Positions 38,519 to 51,374 of a stretch of 64,000 bases of DNA are shown here, piece by piece; position 1 is the stretch's first letter; every line of letters begins with the position of its first letter. The DNA is from Octopus bimaculoides (taxonomy: Eukaryota): NCBI RefSeq assembly GCF_001194135.2, contig NC_068986.1, positions 7,969,122 through 8,033,121 of the forward strand, given 5' to 3'. Under the pieces are notes generated by a model. It was not told where the DNA came from and ran no database searches. It saw only the letters and a list, made by a program, of their open reading frames with translations. Position numbers and translations under genes: made by a program.

Positions 38519-40937
38519 CATACATACATACATACATACATGCATGCATGCATACATACATACATACATACATACACTCATACAGACATGCATGCATACA
38601 TACATACATACATACATACATACATACATACATACATACATACATACACTTTGTATTTCGTTGACTATTTCTAACGGGCATCAACGGTATCTTAGTGTTC
38701 TGAAGAAGCCTTATAGAGAAACATTATCTTTGACAAATTGAGAAAAAGAGAAAAAGAAGTCGAAACTCGATAAAGCAAAAATCTCCATCTTCCACTCAGT
38801 GTGGTATAGTTTAATCCGCTGAAGAGGTTGTTTCCTTGAGAAATTTCTGAGCATTAATAAATTGACAAAAATGAATAAAGCATGAAATATATTCGTTTTT
38901 AGCTTTTTTAAATCGCTGTGAAATTATAGGTTGTCTTCGTTTATTTAGTATGGAAATTGAGAATGCGAATTACCACTCTTACTGATGGTTGCTGTATTTA
39001 AAACAGTTTTTTATAAATAAAGAATTATGCTGAGAATCCTTAAACTATCCTTAAACTAAACCTAAAGTTGAAGGGTTTTTTTTAACAATGACGCAGTTGT
39101 AAGAATTAGCAAATATTTTAATTAAACTGTCTGTTCCGTTCACCTTGAAGCCATTGTTTCTCTATCACTTGATATTAACCAGACACAAATATATCGCATA
39201 CATAAATATTTAAAATCTCACATTTATGCATATTTCACCGATATTTTCTCCATCTTTGAAGCTCAATTCCAGTTTTGAATGAGATATTGTTTCAGTATAC
39301 TTATTATAATTGTCGTATATTTCAATCACGTATTGTTTGAGAATAGTCTTTATCACATTCAAAAGAGAGAGATATACAAAAATTCTTTGATTATACTTAT
39401 ATCAAAGTAAATAAGCAATATTGTGAGTCATTGCTTTTGCGAAAGCAGATTTCTTTCGGAAAGTAGGCTCACGAATTCTATATAATCAGTATGGTTGGAC
39501 AATCAGAATATATTCTTTGAAAGAAATAAATCCATTCTTAGTCAGCTTTCGAGTCATAAAAGAATGCGATATCTTAAGAATAAAGATATTTATGGCTTTC
39601 ACCTTTTACGTAAGCTGTATTGGATGCGAACAAACTCTGTTCAGGATCTATTGATATTCTGAAACATATTTTCCATTGCACTGCTATATAATAGAAAATA
39701 CTTTTTATTCAATTATATGATTGTTTGTGAAAATATATGAAAAGCCATTACTTTACTCCGTATATTAGTTTTAAACAGGTTTCCCATTGTGGTTTTTATA
39801 GCACAACTTTTAAAAGTAATCTTACTTCCTACTTTCTATCACGCAGCAAAGTAATACAAATTGTAAGAATTGGTAATAGTCGTGTTGATGAAGCTTCACA
39901 TTCTTTACAGATGTTTCCTGAGTTCGTAATGTACCCAGGATGCTCTTCTCATTCATGATTTAAACAGTTGAAATGTGTTTCCGATTTCTTGCAAAACAAA
40001 ATAGGGAATTATTTATCAACAGCTTATATTAACTAACAATTGATGCTTAGTATGCTTACATACAGTACTAAAATTTTATCTCATAACGTACGAATGAACA
40101 GAAGTCTAACCATATTTTTACTTCTTTCATTTTAACCTTTTAAACGTTCGCATTCCTAAATTTTGTTCATTTTCTATATTAAGATCTCGCATGAAAAATA
40201 TATCTATTGATATATTCTCTCACAAGTCAAACAAGTTTAACATTTTATTTCATTAGAAAAATAAGATGTGAGAATGCTTTCATACCGTGTTATTTGAAAT
40301 GATTTCTTAATTAAATATGTGGCTTAGTTTATTAAGCTTTAAAAGTTTACGACTCTGGACTTAAGGTTTACCAGTTGAAATTTATCAACGTATATCTTCT
40401 GTTATTCCGAGTTTGTCAATGAGTCAGCTATGACGAAGGGTCATCTCAATTCAAAGGATTTAATCTGTGATATTTAAATAAGATGGAAAATATATTCTGT
40501 ATGCTGCTGTGCAGATTCCGTGAATCTCTAAGGAACACATTTCTGTCTTAGACTCAATTGTTTTAGTGTTAACTTTCATTTCGGCGAATGAAACGTATGG
40601 GCTTCTGTTATCATATGGTACATACGTGACACTCCCCTCTGACACGTTACTTCTATGTAGATAATCTTCCATATACAGAGATTATTAGCAGATAATGTGA
40701 ATGTTTCATAATTACCGAATGACACCAAAGCCATTTGCAATAGCTTTGGAGTCATTCTTCAACGGGAAATAATCATCTTGTCTCTGCAGCAGGAAGAAAC
40801 AATCAGAACCCGCCAAGAAAAGAGACCTTAGATTCTCTGGTCATTAGCACTTCAAAGTTCACTCCTGGCCAAAACTTTACCGCATAGACGAAGCTTAAAT
40901 TATAGGGACAGAAACTATTTATGACAGTGTGGAGTAT

Positions 40938-40989
<52 letters not shown>

Positions 40990-42597
40990 ACACACACATA
41001 CACACACACACACAAACAAACATGCACACTGGATTACAACCAAAGTTATGCCAGTGGATTGATTGGCAAATATTCACACACCAACACGCTGCGAATTCAA
41101 AGACATGTCTTTTGTTCCCTTTCTTTAATGACATCAGGCTTCTGAACATGGCAGCTGCTTCACGAACCGTTTTCTTCTCAAATCCTGACAATATTATTAT
41201 CTCAAACCTTCTCTACGCGACACTAATCACTTCATCCAGTCTTTCCTCGAAATGACTGCAAAAAAACTGTAGATAAAACAAGTGCGGTGAACTTCGTGAA
41301 CGGATGACATGAAAGACAAAATCATAGGAATGGGAAGAGTTTGTAGAAAGATTCAGAAGTTGTGTCAAGCAAAAGAGATGTATTTAGAATGTAATGCAAG
41401 TCTTAGAGAAAGAAAAAGACGAGAAAACTGAATAGAAGAAAAAAAAAAGAAGAAGGGAAAGAAGAGAAGAAAAGTACGGAGGGAGAAGAGGAGGAAACGA
41501 AAACGCTATTTGGAAGTGGAAAATGGCGAGAAGAGAAGGATAAATATATTTCATTCTTCTTAAAAGTCAACATTTGTACAGTATTTCACTTTTTATATCC
41601 AGCGACAATGAGCATAAACATAGACATACGTACACACAAATACCCACACACAGGCACGCACGTAAACGCTCACACACATACCCAGCGAGAGAGAGAGAGA
41701 GAGAGAGAGAAAGAGTGATAGAGACGTATATATTTGTAGAGATATATGTCTTTACATAGTGTATGTATGTATGAGTAGATAGCCTCGGCAGCTGCATGTG
41801 AAATTATTATTGCTATAAGCCAAATAATGTTATGTCTCCGAGGTTTTCTTTATGATCGTGAGTGGCATTAGAGTTTCTCTTTTAACTAAACTGGCAGTAA
41901 ACGTGTAGAAAATCAAATTATTGATTTACTTACTGATCGAAACAATCTGCTAGGGTGTCTTTTCCTGTGAGTATAGCGTGTATTTCTTTTTGTTTTCATT
42001 TAGTGTTTTCGTTATTTTTAACCGAAATTCACCGAGTTGTGTGGTATTTAGACGGGTATTTAAGTTAACGGATCTTTTGTTTTGAAAGCATTTTTCACTT
42101 TGATAGCAGAGACATCTATTTTAACTTTCACTGTCTTCGTTTATGAGTTGATAAAGAGATGTGTATTGACAGACGAGATGTGCGCACGCGCGTTTGTGTT
42201 TAGTATGTTTGCGCTTGTGTGTAGTGTGCGCGTGCGCGCATGACTGCGTCTATCTATTTATGTCTGTATATGTCTATGTACATGTTCAGCTAATGCTATC
42301 CGATCACTATCCATTGAAAGATTTCGTGAGAATCTGGTCCCTTTCCAAAGGACTAAATTGTTGAAGAAATATGTAGGTTTCTAGGAAGACCTCCACGAAA
42401 TAAATACGCTCATACCTGGAAATGGTTCTATCCAAGATTTATTTTGCGGATTCATATATTTAGAATAAAGAACCGAATTAATATTCTCATTAGTTGGGAA
42501 ACATTCTCAGAAAATAAATTCAATTTGACTAATTAGGATATACTTCGGGAAGTTAAAGTTTCTCTTTTTATATAAATACATATATATAAATAGATAA

Positions 42598-42753
42598 GCG
42601 CAGGAGTGGACGTATAGCTGGCTTACCAACCACATGGTTCGGGGTTCATTCCCACTGCGTGGCACCTTGGGCAAGTGTGTTTTACTATAGCCTCGGGCCG
42701 ACCAAAGACTTCTGAGTGGATTTGATTGGCGGAAACTGAAAGTAGACTGTCGT
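42598..42753 (+). mobile_element. tRNA-derived SINE family A, 5' head
   Basis: gcgcaggagtgg...ccacatggttcggggttcattcccactgcgtggcaccttgggcaagtg...ggaaactgaaag. Confidence 0.9.
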
Positions 42754-42771
42754 CTCTCTCTCTCGCTCTCA

Positions 42772-42829
<58 letters not shown>

Positions 42830-43432
42830 NNNNNNNNNNNNNNNNNNNNNNNNNNNNNNNNNNNNNNNNNNNNNNNNNNNNNNNNNNNNNNNNNNNNNNN
42901 NNNNNNNNNNNNNNNNNNNNNNNNNNNNNNNNNNNNNNNNNNNNNNNNNNNNNNNNNNNNNNNNNNNNNNNNNNNNNNNNNNNNNNNNNNNNNNNNNNNN
43001 NNNNNNNNNNNNNNNNNNNNNNNNNNNNNNNNNNNNNNNNNNNNNNNNNNNNNNNNNNNNNNNNNNNNNNNNNNNNNNNNNNNNNNNNNNNNNNNNNNNN
43101 NNNNNNNNNNNNNNNNNNNNNNNNNNNNNNNNNNNNNNNNNNNNNNNNNNNNNNNNNNNNNNNNNNNNNNNNNNNNNNNNNNNNNNNNNNNNNNNNNNNN
43201 NNNNNNNNNNNNNNNNNNNNNNNNNNNNNNNNNNNNNNNNNNNNNNNNNNNNNNNNNNNNNNNNNNNNNNNNNNNNNNNNNNNNNNNNNNNNNNNNNNNN
43301 NNNNNNNNNNNNNNNNNNNNNNNNNNNNNNNNNNNNNNNNNNNNNNNNNNNNNNNNNNNNNNNNNNNNNNNNNNNNNNNNNNNNNNNNNNNNNNNNNNNN
43401 NNNNNNNNNNNNNNNNNNNNNNNNNNNNNNNN

Positions 43433-43467
<35 letters not shown>

Positions 43468-43534
43468 GAGAGAGAGAGAGAAAAAGAGAGAGAACGAAGA
43501 AGAACCCATTCTTTGCGATATTATTACATTAAAG

Positions 43535-44075
43535 GCTTTGTAAATTGTAGTGAGACAAAATATGGGTCTGTAATTTCATGGGCTTGCCGTTTCGGTGGAT
43601 TTGGGAATTAAGATAGTTTTTCCTTCCGTGAGCCATTCAGACATCAGGCTCTGCTATTATTTCATTAATTTTCTCAGCCAGCTTTTTATGTGTTCCTGTT
43701 AGGTATTTTAACCAGAAGTTGGGGATCTTGTCGTCCCCGGATACCTTCCAGTTGCTTAGTTTTTGCAGCGCCTGGTTGACCTCTTCAGTTGTTATCCGGG
43801 TGCAGGGTAGTTCGGATGCTGTGTTCATTGTTTTGATAGACCTTTTTTTGAGGTTGTCCCTTCGCTGACCATATTTCTTTCCAAAATTCTTCCACTTCTT
43901 CTGCTGTTGGTACTGCATTTATCTCTATTTTATTTTTGCCAAGTTCTTGGTAGCATGTTTTGTGGTTGGAGCTGAACTGTTTGTTTTGTTCAAAGAAACG
44001 CTAGTGTTTCTCATACCGGTGGATTCTTTGTGCTTTGGTATGGATATCTTGCTTTAGCTGTTCTTTTACCTCAGG
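43535..44075 (-). mobile_element. Dong/R4-type LINE fragment (RT N-terminal region)
   Basis: EVKEQLKQDIHTKAQRIHRYEKH*RFFEQNKQF...ITTEEVNQALQKLSNWKVSGDDKIPNFWLKYL...WLTEGKTILIPKS...NYRPIFCLTT. Confidence 0.9.
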
Positions 44076-44439
44076 TATACCTTATGATTATTATTATTAT
44101 TATTGTTGTTGTTGTTGTTGTTGCTGTTGTCATCATCATCATCGTCATCATCATTATTATGAGAGGTCCTATTCTTATGAGTGAGAAAGTGTGAAGTAAT
44201 ATTTTTAGGTTCATGTTCATTTAAAGCCTTTATGAATTTTATGCGATCGATTTTCTTTTCTTTGTCTCTTACTCTCTTAACAGTGGAGAAAAAGGGTGAA
44301 GAGGTAGAGGCAGAGGGAGGGAAATGAAATCCTCACAGCCATTTAAAATTGAAATTAACATTATACATAAATATGAACGATGTTTTCTATTTTCTTAACT
44401 TTTTACAGTGGGGGAGAGACGAAGAGGGGAAGAGATTTA

Positions 44440-44800
44440 GTGATAGGAAGAGGGAAAGTTTCTTACGTGTTTAGGTTTCCATTCAGTAACTTCCAGAAGG
44501 ATAATGTGTTATATCTCTCTGATTATTCTTATTCTTTGAGTACCCCTTCGCCTTGTTTGATAGGTCTTCATGTAGACACGTTTACTGTCTCCTCTACAAG
44601 CTACATACATGTCCCTTTCAATGTTTCTTTTTTGGTGTGCGAATGTAGGATCTCTGGTCGTATCTCCATTTAGCTTATCACGTGTGGATGACTTAGGATC
44701 AATTTCCAATATGTTTCATCTCCCCATGGCACTTTGCCATTAGTTTTGTGTGCAGCATTTAGAGTTCGGCCAGTATTTAAAGCATGCACGGGGAATTTTG
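44440..44800 (-). mobile_element. Possible decayed RTE-clade LINE 3' fragment
   Basis: Minus-strand KLNGDTTRDPTFAHQKR...IILLEVTEWKPKHVRK loosely matches the RTE C-terminus (LYGD.P.IS...LLW.PKHG). Confidence 0.35.
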
Positions 44801-47001
44801 ACTGGGGACTGCCGATGGTGACAACTTACAGTTGCTTTTTATATGCTATTGTGTGTGTNNNNNNNNNNNNNNNNNNNNNNNNNNNNNNNNNNNNNNNNNN
44901 NNNNNNNNNNNNNNNNNNNNNNNNNNNNNNNNNNNNNNNNNNNNNNNNNNNNNNNNNNNNNNNNNNNNNNNNNNNNNNNNNNNNNNNNNNNNNNNNNNNN
45001 NNNNNNNNNNNNNNNNNNNNNNNNNNNNNNNNNNNNNNNNNNNNNNNNNNNNNNNNNNNNNNNNNNNNNNNNNNNNNNNNNNNNNNNNNNNNNNNNNNNN
45101 NNNNNNNNNNNNNNNNNNNNNNNNNNNNNNNNNNNNNNNNNNNNNNNNNNNNNNNNNNNNNNNNNNNTATATATATATATATATATGATAATGTGTGTGC
45201 ATAATATTATATTACGTATACTATAAGTAAATCAGTAAATCAATAGGAGTTAAATGTCAAGATTATGCTTGACACCAAGTTAGTTGCTGTAAAATAAATG
45301 ACATCTACCACATTAGAGTCTCTGGTGCACTAGTCGCTCACATTTGATGCATATTATTCAGGTTATTAACCACGTTTTGCTATGATGTGAAATAAATTGG
45401 TCTTCATTTTAATATCCAATAATGTGTTGCATATTGACAGCATCATTTTATTGGTCGAAATACTTATTAAAGATCTATTGGTAAAGTAAACTCTAGGATA
45501 TATAACTGTAAAGACAACAAAAGACGAAAGACAAAAAAAGAAGCTATAAAACAGAGCTGAAATTTAGATAAGGTAAATTTATATGTTACTTAATCTCTAA
45601 TGACAAATATTTCTTCTTCGCATAACGACTTACATTTATGACAGACTTACATTTATGACAGATAAACTTGTAATGGAAGTGAAATCAATACCGGGAAGCG
45701 GACTCGTCACATCGAGAAGTTATTTCTTTACTATTTCCCTCGTCACACAGGGTAAGAATTACTGTAGAAATTCTTAACATATAGGAAATATATAGAGCAT
45801 TGTTTCAAAGTTTGCTTCTTCACAACTATAAGCTTTTTAAAACGTTTCCCTGGGTTCAAATATTATATGAAAACATGAACTTGGCGATAAAACCAATTGG
45901 CAGGTATCAGTACATCCCTTCAACAAATTAGAAATGCAGGCCAAATTCGGTTACACCTGTAAGCATAAAGATCATTTTTATTGTTTGGGATATTTCCCAA
46001 AGGCTACCGTATCTAACATCTTTAATATATGACATGTCTTTCGTACAAAAAATATGCAAGTATTGCACAACTAGTTAGATGAGATGCAGAAGCCTACTTT
46101 TCTGGTGAGATATCACTTGAAAGTCAGTTCGGGGTAAATGATTTTGAAGCTTCACCATCTGCATCTACACGATCACACAGCTACTGAAATACATTACTAT
46201 TTTACTTTCATTACTATTTTACTTTCTCCAAGTAAAATCTCTTGCTAATTTCCTTTTTCTGTCAGGATTTTTACTTGGCTGGAAATGAAGACCATACGTA
46301 GATTTCCCAACGGAAACATATATATATATAACTTCTAATACAAGAAGATAGGAAATTCTCCCCATATCTAATTTTGCAACGTATTTTCTTTTTTTTTTGC
46401 AACGTAAAGTTTGCAAAAGGATTTTAATTTTATCTTTTGCAATGAAATGCGATAGAAAAGTTGGATAGGTGTTACAATGTTCAACAAGAATACGTATAAC
46501 ATAATAATGTATATACCACAATATTCAACTAATATATATATATATTTATAATCGGCAAAGGGTACAATGTGACTCAAGTGCTCACAGTTTCGTGCGTTTG
46601 CATTTATCAAACTATTTTTAAATGAAGGCGGTATACATTTGTATACCAGCGATAATGGTATTTCTCTGAATTGTTCTGGAACAATTAAAATGTCACGTGG
46701 GTAATATGTATTCTACAAACGGTTTCCCCTTTACGACATTCAGTAAATAAGTGAATAAACAAATAAAGGAAATTTAAAGATAGGCTTGCATACTTACGCA
46801 CGCAGAAATGAAAGTGGCGGTGAATATAAATACAGTGGGCGCATGAATACACACACATGGATTCACAGACACACAGACACAGACACACATGCATACAGAT
46901 ATATATATATATAAATATAAACGTAAAAATAAAAACAAATATATGCACAGGTGTATAAAGGTAAGGAAAATATGCACATATATATACCCATACACATATA
47001 A

Positions 47002-47060
<59 letters not shown>

Positions 47061-47061
<1 letters not shown>

Positions 47062-47470
47062 GCGCAGGAGTGACTGTGTGGTAAGTAGCTTGCCTACCAA
47101 CCACATGGTTTCGGGTTCATTCCCACTGCGTGGCACATTGGGCAAGTGTCTTCTACTATAGCTTCGGGCCGACCGAAGTGGATTTGGTGGACGGAAACTG
47201 AAAGAAGCACGTCGTATATATGTATATATATGTGTGTGTGTGTGCGTGTGTGTGTGTACATGTGTGTGTATATGTTTGTGTGTCTGTGTTTGTCCCCCCA
47301 CCAGCATCGCTAGAAAACCGATGGTGGTGTGTTTACGTCCCCGTAACTTAGCGGTTTGGTGAAAGAGACCAATAGAATAAGTACTATGCCTACAAAGAAT
47401 AAGTCCTGGGGTCGATTTGCTCGACTAAGGGCAGTGCTCCAGCATGGCCACAGTCAAAATGACTGAAACA
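47061..47470 (+). mobile_element. tRNA-derived SINE family A, nearly complete (head, internal microsatellite, tail)
   Basis: Contains the head seen at 37791 and 42598, an internal (TA)/(TG) tract, and the tail seen at 11866, 13368, 15985, 22275 and 27490. It runs into an N-gap. Confidence 0.93.
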
Positions 47471-48334
47471 NNNNNNNNNNNNNNNNNNNNNNNNNNNNNN
47501 NNNNNNNNNNNNNNNNNNNNNNNNNNNNNNNNNNNNNNNNNNNNNNNNNNNNNNNNNNNNNNNNNNNNNNNNNNNNNNNNNNNNNNNNNNNNNNNNNNNN
47601 NNNNNNNNNNNNNNNNNNNNNNNNNNNNNNNNNNNNNNNNNNNNNNNNNNNNNNNNNNNNNNNNNNNNNNNNNNNNNNNNNNNNNNNNNNNNNNNNNNNN
47701 NNNNNNNNNNNNNNNNNNNNNNNNNNNNNNNNNNNNNNNNNNNNNTATATATATATATATACATACATACATACATACATACGTACATACATACATACAT
47801 ACATACACACACATATATACGTTCGCATTATTAGACGAACAAGAACATAATAAAATGAAGTAACTAAATAAGATTAACATTATCGATCACATATACTTAA
47901 AGTATATACCTTGTATATATATCCGGAGGATGCGAGATGGCGTGATGGAGATTACTCTCTCAAAGCGCCAGTTGTTAACACCCGAGGGTCATGAACAGGC
48001 GAGATAACTGACCCCAGATCCCATTCAGGAGTGACGGGCATCGATGTTTCTCCATTTTTCGTAGCTTACTGACATCACTTACCCGAACTAGGGTCGGTAA
48101 AGAATCATACATCCAGTCCACGATTTGTATGCATATAGCGTGAAAACTTTGCGCTGGTATATAGGGACACACGCACAGGGAACAATAAATTCAAATATGA
48201 AATAGAAGCAGTGTTAGTGTAGTTAACATTATCGACCTCATATACTTAATGTAATGTATATGAAATATACTTAAATGTACCTGTGTGTGGGGGGGGGGTG
48301 TCTGTGTGTGTGTGTTGTGTTAGAGTACGACATC

Positions 48335-49460
48335 CCCTCGCGTGAATGGACTGGATTACTTAATATAAATAGTAGCGGTCTGAGTAAGTGAGGTCGTTCA
48401 TGCAAGATCCACAGTTCAAATGCCAGTGGTTTTTCAATTTGCGACGATATTCTAATGTATGCCCAAATAGTGTTGGTCCTAACTACATTACAAAAAACAT
48501 GTATTGCAATAATTTCACTACGGACATCCAGGAATGACAAGCATGAAGGCTCTGATGAGGAGTTATGTCTATTGGCCGTCTATGGACCGAGATATCGAAA
48601 ACTTTGTCAGAACGTGCTGAGGTTGCGCGCTCGCGGCTAAATGCGCACCAGTAAAATATCAATCGTGGCCAGAGACGGGGAGCCCATAGTCTAGTTTACA
48701 CATTGACTATGCCGGACCAATAAACGGTAGATAGCCGTACTAAATGGCAAGAGGTTTGCAGGTGCTATAGACCAACCTCTAAAAGTTCTTATACGAATTG
48801 TTTGCGCGATAATTTGTCCCTGACATGCTAGTTTCCGACAACGGAACGCAGTTCTCTGGGTATAAATTCAAGAACTTCTGTAAAAGGCATGCGATTAAGC
48901 ATATTTTCACTCCACCTTCTCAAACGGTTAGGTAGAGAGATTTGTGGACACTTTTAAGAGTGCGTTAAGAAAAGCGAGGAATGAATTAAATAACGACGGA
49001 GCACTGACAAATTTCTTAAGAATATACAGAGTGACCCCCAATCCAAGTACAAATTCAGGAAAGTCTCCCGCAGAATTGATGTTCGCAAGAAGAATAAAAT
49101 CCATTTTTGACAAGGCTATTACCAAAGAAAAAATGACGTAAAGGAAATACGAGAGAGCCAACGAAATAGGTCGAGATATGTGATAAAGTGCATCTCAAGA
49201 CCTATAGAAACGGTGAAAAGGGCTGGGAAGATGGCCTTGGTACCCGAAAAATTGGACGTATAATGTATCTAATTTAAGTGTCACACGATGAACATAAGAG
49301 ACATATAAATCAACTAAGGAAGAGACATACTCAAGATCGGGAAGAAATTTCCGTGGAAGTAATCTGTGAAATATTTGATGTACTGGTACCAAAAGTAATA
49401 GAGAACCGTAGAACCAGCATGAGAAAAAAGAAAGCAAACTATACACCTTGAGATAATGCT
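48335..49460 (+). mobile_element. Ty3/Gypsy LTR-retrotransposon integrase remnant
   Basis: With frameshifts and stops: HYGHPGMTSMKALMRSYVYWPSMDRDIENFVRTC*GC (zinc-binding region), LHIDYAGPING, LVSDNGTQFSG, and VDTFKSALRK...YRVTPNPSTNSGKSPAELMF. Confidence 0.92.
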
Positions 49461-50019
49461 CAAGTGAAAGAGTTACCTCAGAGGTGAATTTTTTTTCCTG
49501 AATATGAAACGTACTGAGAGAAAATGTCTGACCTCTTAAAGTGAGGATTGACAGGTAATAATGGATAATATGAAGTGAATTGTGGTGTCGATGGAATACG
49601 GCATAGAGCAAGCGATAATTAATTAGATAATAGCTTTCCTAAATGTTAAATAGGAGTTGGTATTTGCTAGCATGAACACAGTTTAATTAGAAGTAGGTGA
49701 ATTTATTACCTTAAATCTAGCGATTTCATGACACTAAAAGTTAGGCGATGATAGCCAAAATTTAACACTTTTCGTGAAGCTTCATGGCTCAAGTCAGTTC
49801 ATAAGACTTTAACTGCGAAAAGAGGATATCGTCCTTGACAGGAACGTGATTTAATGAAACACTCGGATATGAAAGCATTTTGTATATTTCAGGGTTTTTG
49901 ATGGCCCCTAGTAGGCAGCATATCTAACAGTATGAGGGCGCGTCTAATCTCCCATATATAGAGAGCAATAGAAATACATGGAAGAGAACAATGACGGTAG
50001 TATCAGAAATTTTCCTTAC

Positions 50020-50188
50020 TTCCTGAACAGTTAATCGTCTGACTTATTGAGAACAAAAAATAGCATGTAATTCCCCTACCACATGTTAATTCGACCAAAT
50101 ACAAACGCGTGAAGTACACTATTTCCAGATTCCGTTTTTCAATGGCAGCGTTGAGAAATTGAAACAGAATCATGAAGGAGACGCATCG
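50020..50188 (-). other. Candidate internal exon (unverified)
   Basis: Acceptor atcctttcctatcag and donor AA|GTAAGG, with one frame open across 169 nt (RCVSFMILFQ...INCSG). No recognisable homology. Confidence 0.2.
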
Positions 50189-51015
50189 CTGATAGGAAAG
50201 GATTTTAAGCAAGAACATATCTCAGTTGTCATTCAATCACACGTCCCCATCGAAAGCCAACACTAATTTTCTCTCTTTCTCCCTGTATGTTTTGTTAATA
50301 AAAACATTTGTAGTCACGAGCACAAATTATATTTGAATGAATTAAATGAAAATATATCTTAATTTCCCTAATATAATCCACAATTTGTGGCAGACACACA
50401 AACGATGTATATCATTTTCTGATCATATAACTCGATTTTTTCAATTTCTTAAAGTTAGCATAATAAATATTGTCTAGCTACATTATTATAGTTTTCAATT
50501 CATCACATTTTTTCTTATTTACCAACTACTATTTCATTCTTATAACATAATTCATATTCAGCCTCTATACTCATTTGAATTATTACTAAGTCTCGTAAAT
50601 TGTTATCAAGTCTCTAATTACGCTAAATATAATATTGACTTAGTACTTTTGTAAAGAAAGTGTGGAGTATTAATCGAGTACAAACGCATGAAATCTCTGA
50701 AACTAAATTCAATGTTATGTTAATGTAATTGCATGAAGAAAAATTCTTTTACCAGAAATTAATAATTTATCAGATGATCTCTTGAATGCTATCGTTCAAA
50801 ATTATTTAGTTTCACGGATTATAAAGTTATTTGAAACTTCCATTGGGGTGTATACGCATATTGAAGACAAATCTGTGTATCTTCCCAGCTTGTGTAACGT
50901 TCCAATGACTGATGAAATATCGCATTGGATTCGCAGCTCATGGCTTTGGAAACCAGGAAACCAGATTTTAGCTTAATACTTCGAAGAGTCTTTGTTTATA
51001 CATTTTTTTTTACAG

Positions 51016-51120
51016 CACTCAGTTCATCTGTCTATCATGGATACATCCTTCCAACAGTATTAATTTTGACCGTTTTGTGTTCTAGCGAAATGATAACAAC
51101 TCGTTCATGTACTTCGACAA
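51016..51120 (+). other. Candidate exon (unverified; UTR or coding)
   Basis: Acceptor T-run-acag and donor AA|GTAAGA; 105 nt, open in one frame with phase 1 at both ends. Confidence 0.25.
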
Positions 51121-51258
51121 GTAAGAGGAGTCATTCAGGAACCAATTAAATGGAACAAGTGCATTATTTGTATGTACACACAGCAAATAAAGAACAATGA
51201 ATGTACAAGACAAAAAAAAACGGTAAATATTGTCGATTATAATTAATATCATTGCACT

Positions 51259-51370
51259 TCTTCCTTCTTCTTCTTCTTCTTCTTCTTCTTCTTCTTCTTC
51301 TTCTTTTTCTTCTTCTTCTTCTTCTTCTTCTTCCTCCTCCTCCTCCTCTTTTTCTTTTTCTTCTTCTTCT
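51259..51370. repeat. (TTC)n/(TCC)n microsatellite
   Basis: Direct reading. Confidence 0.97.
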
Positions 51371-51374
51371 AATT

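Noticed and set aside
45627-45660. 17-bp exact tandem duplication
   Set aside because: This is an ordinary slippage duplication with no further structure.
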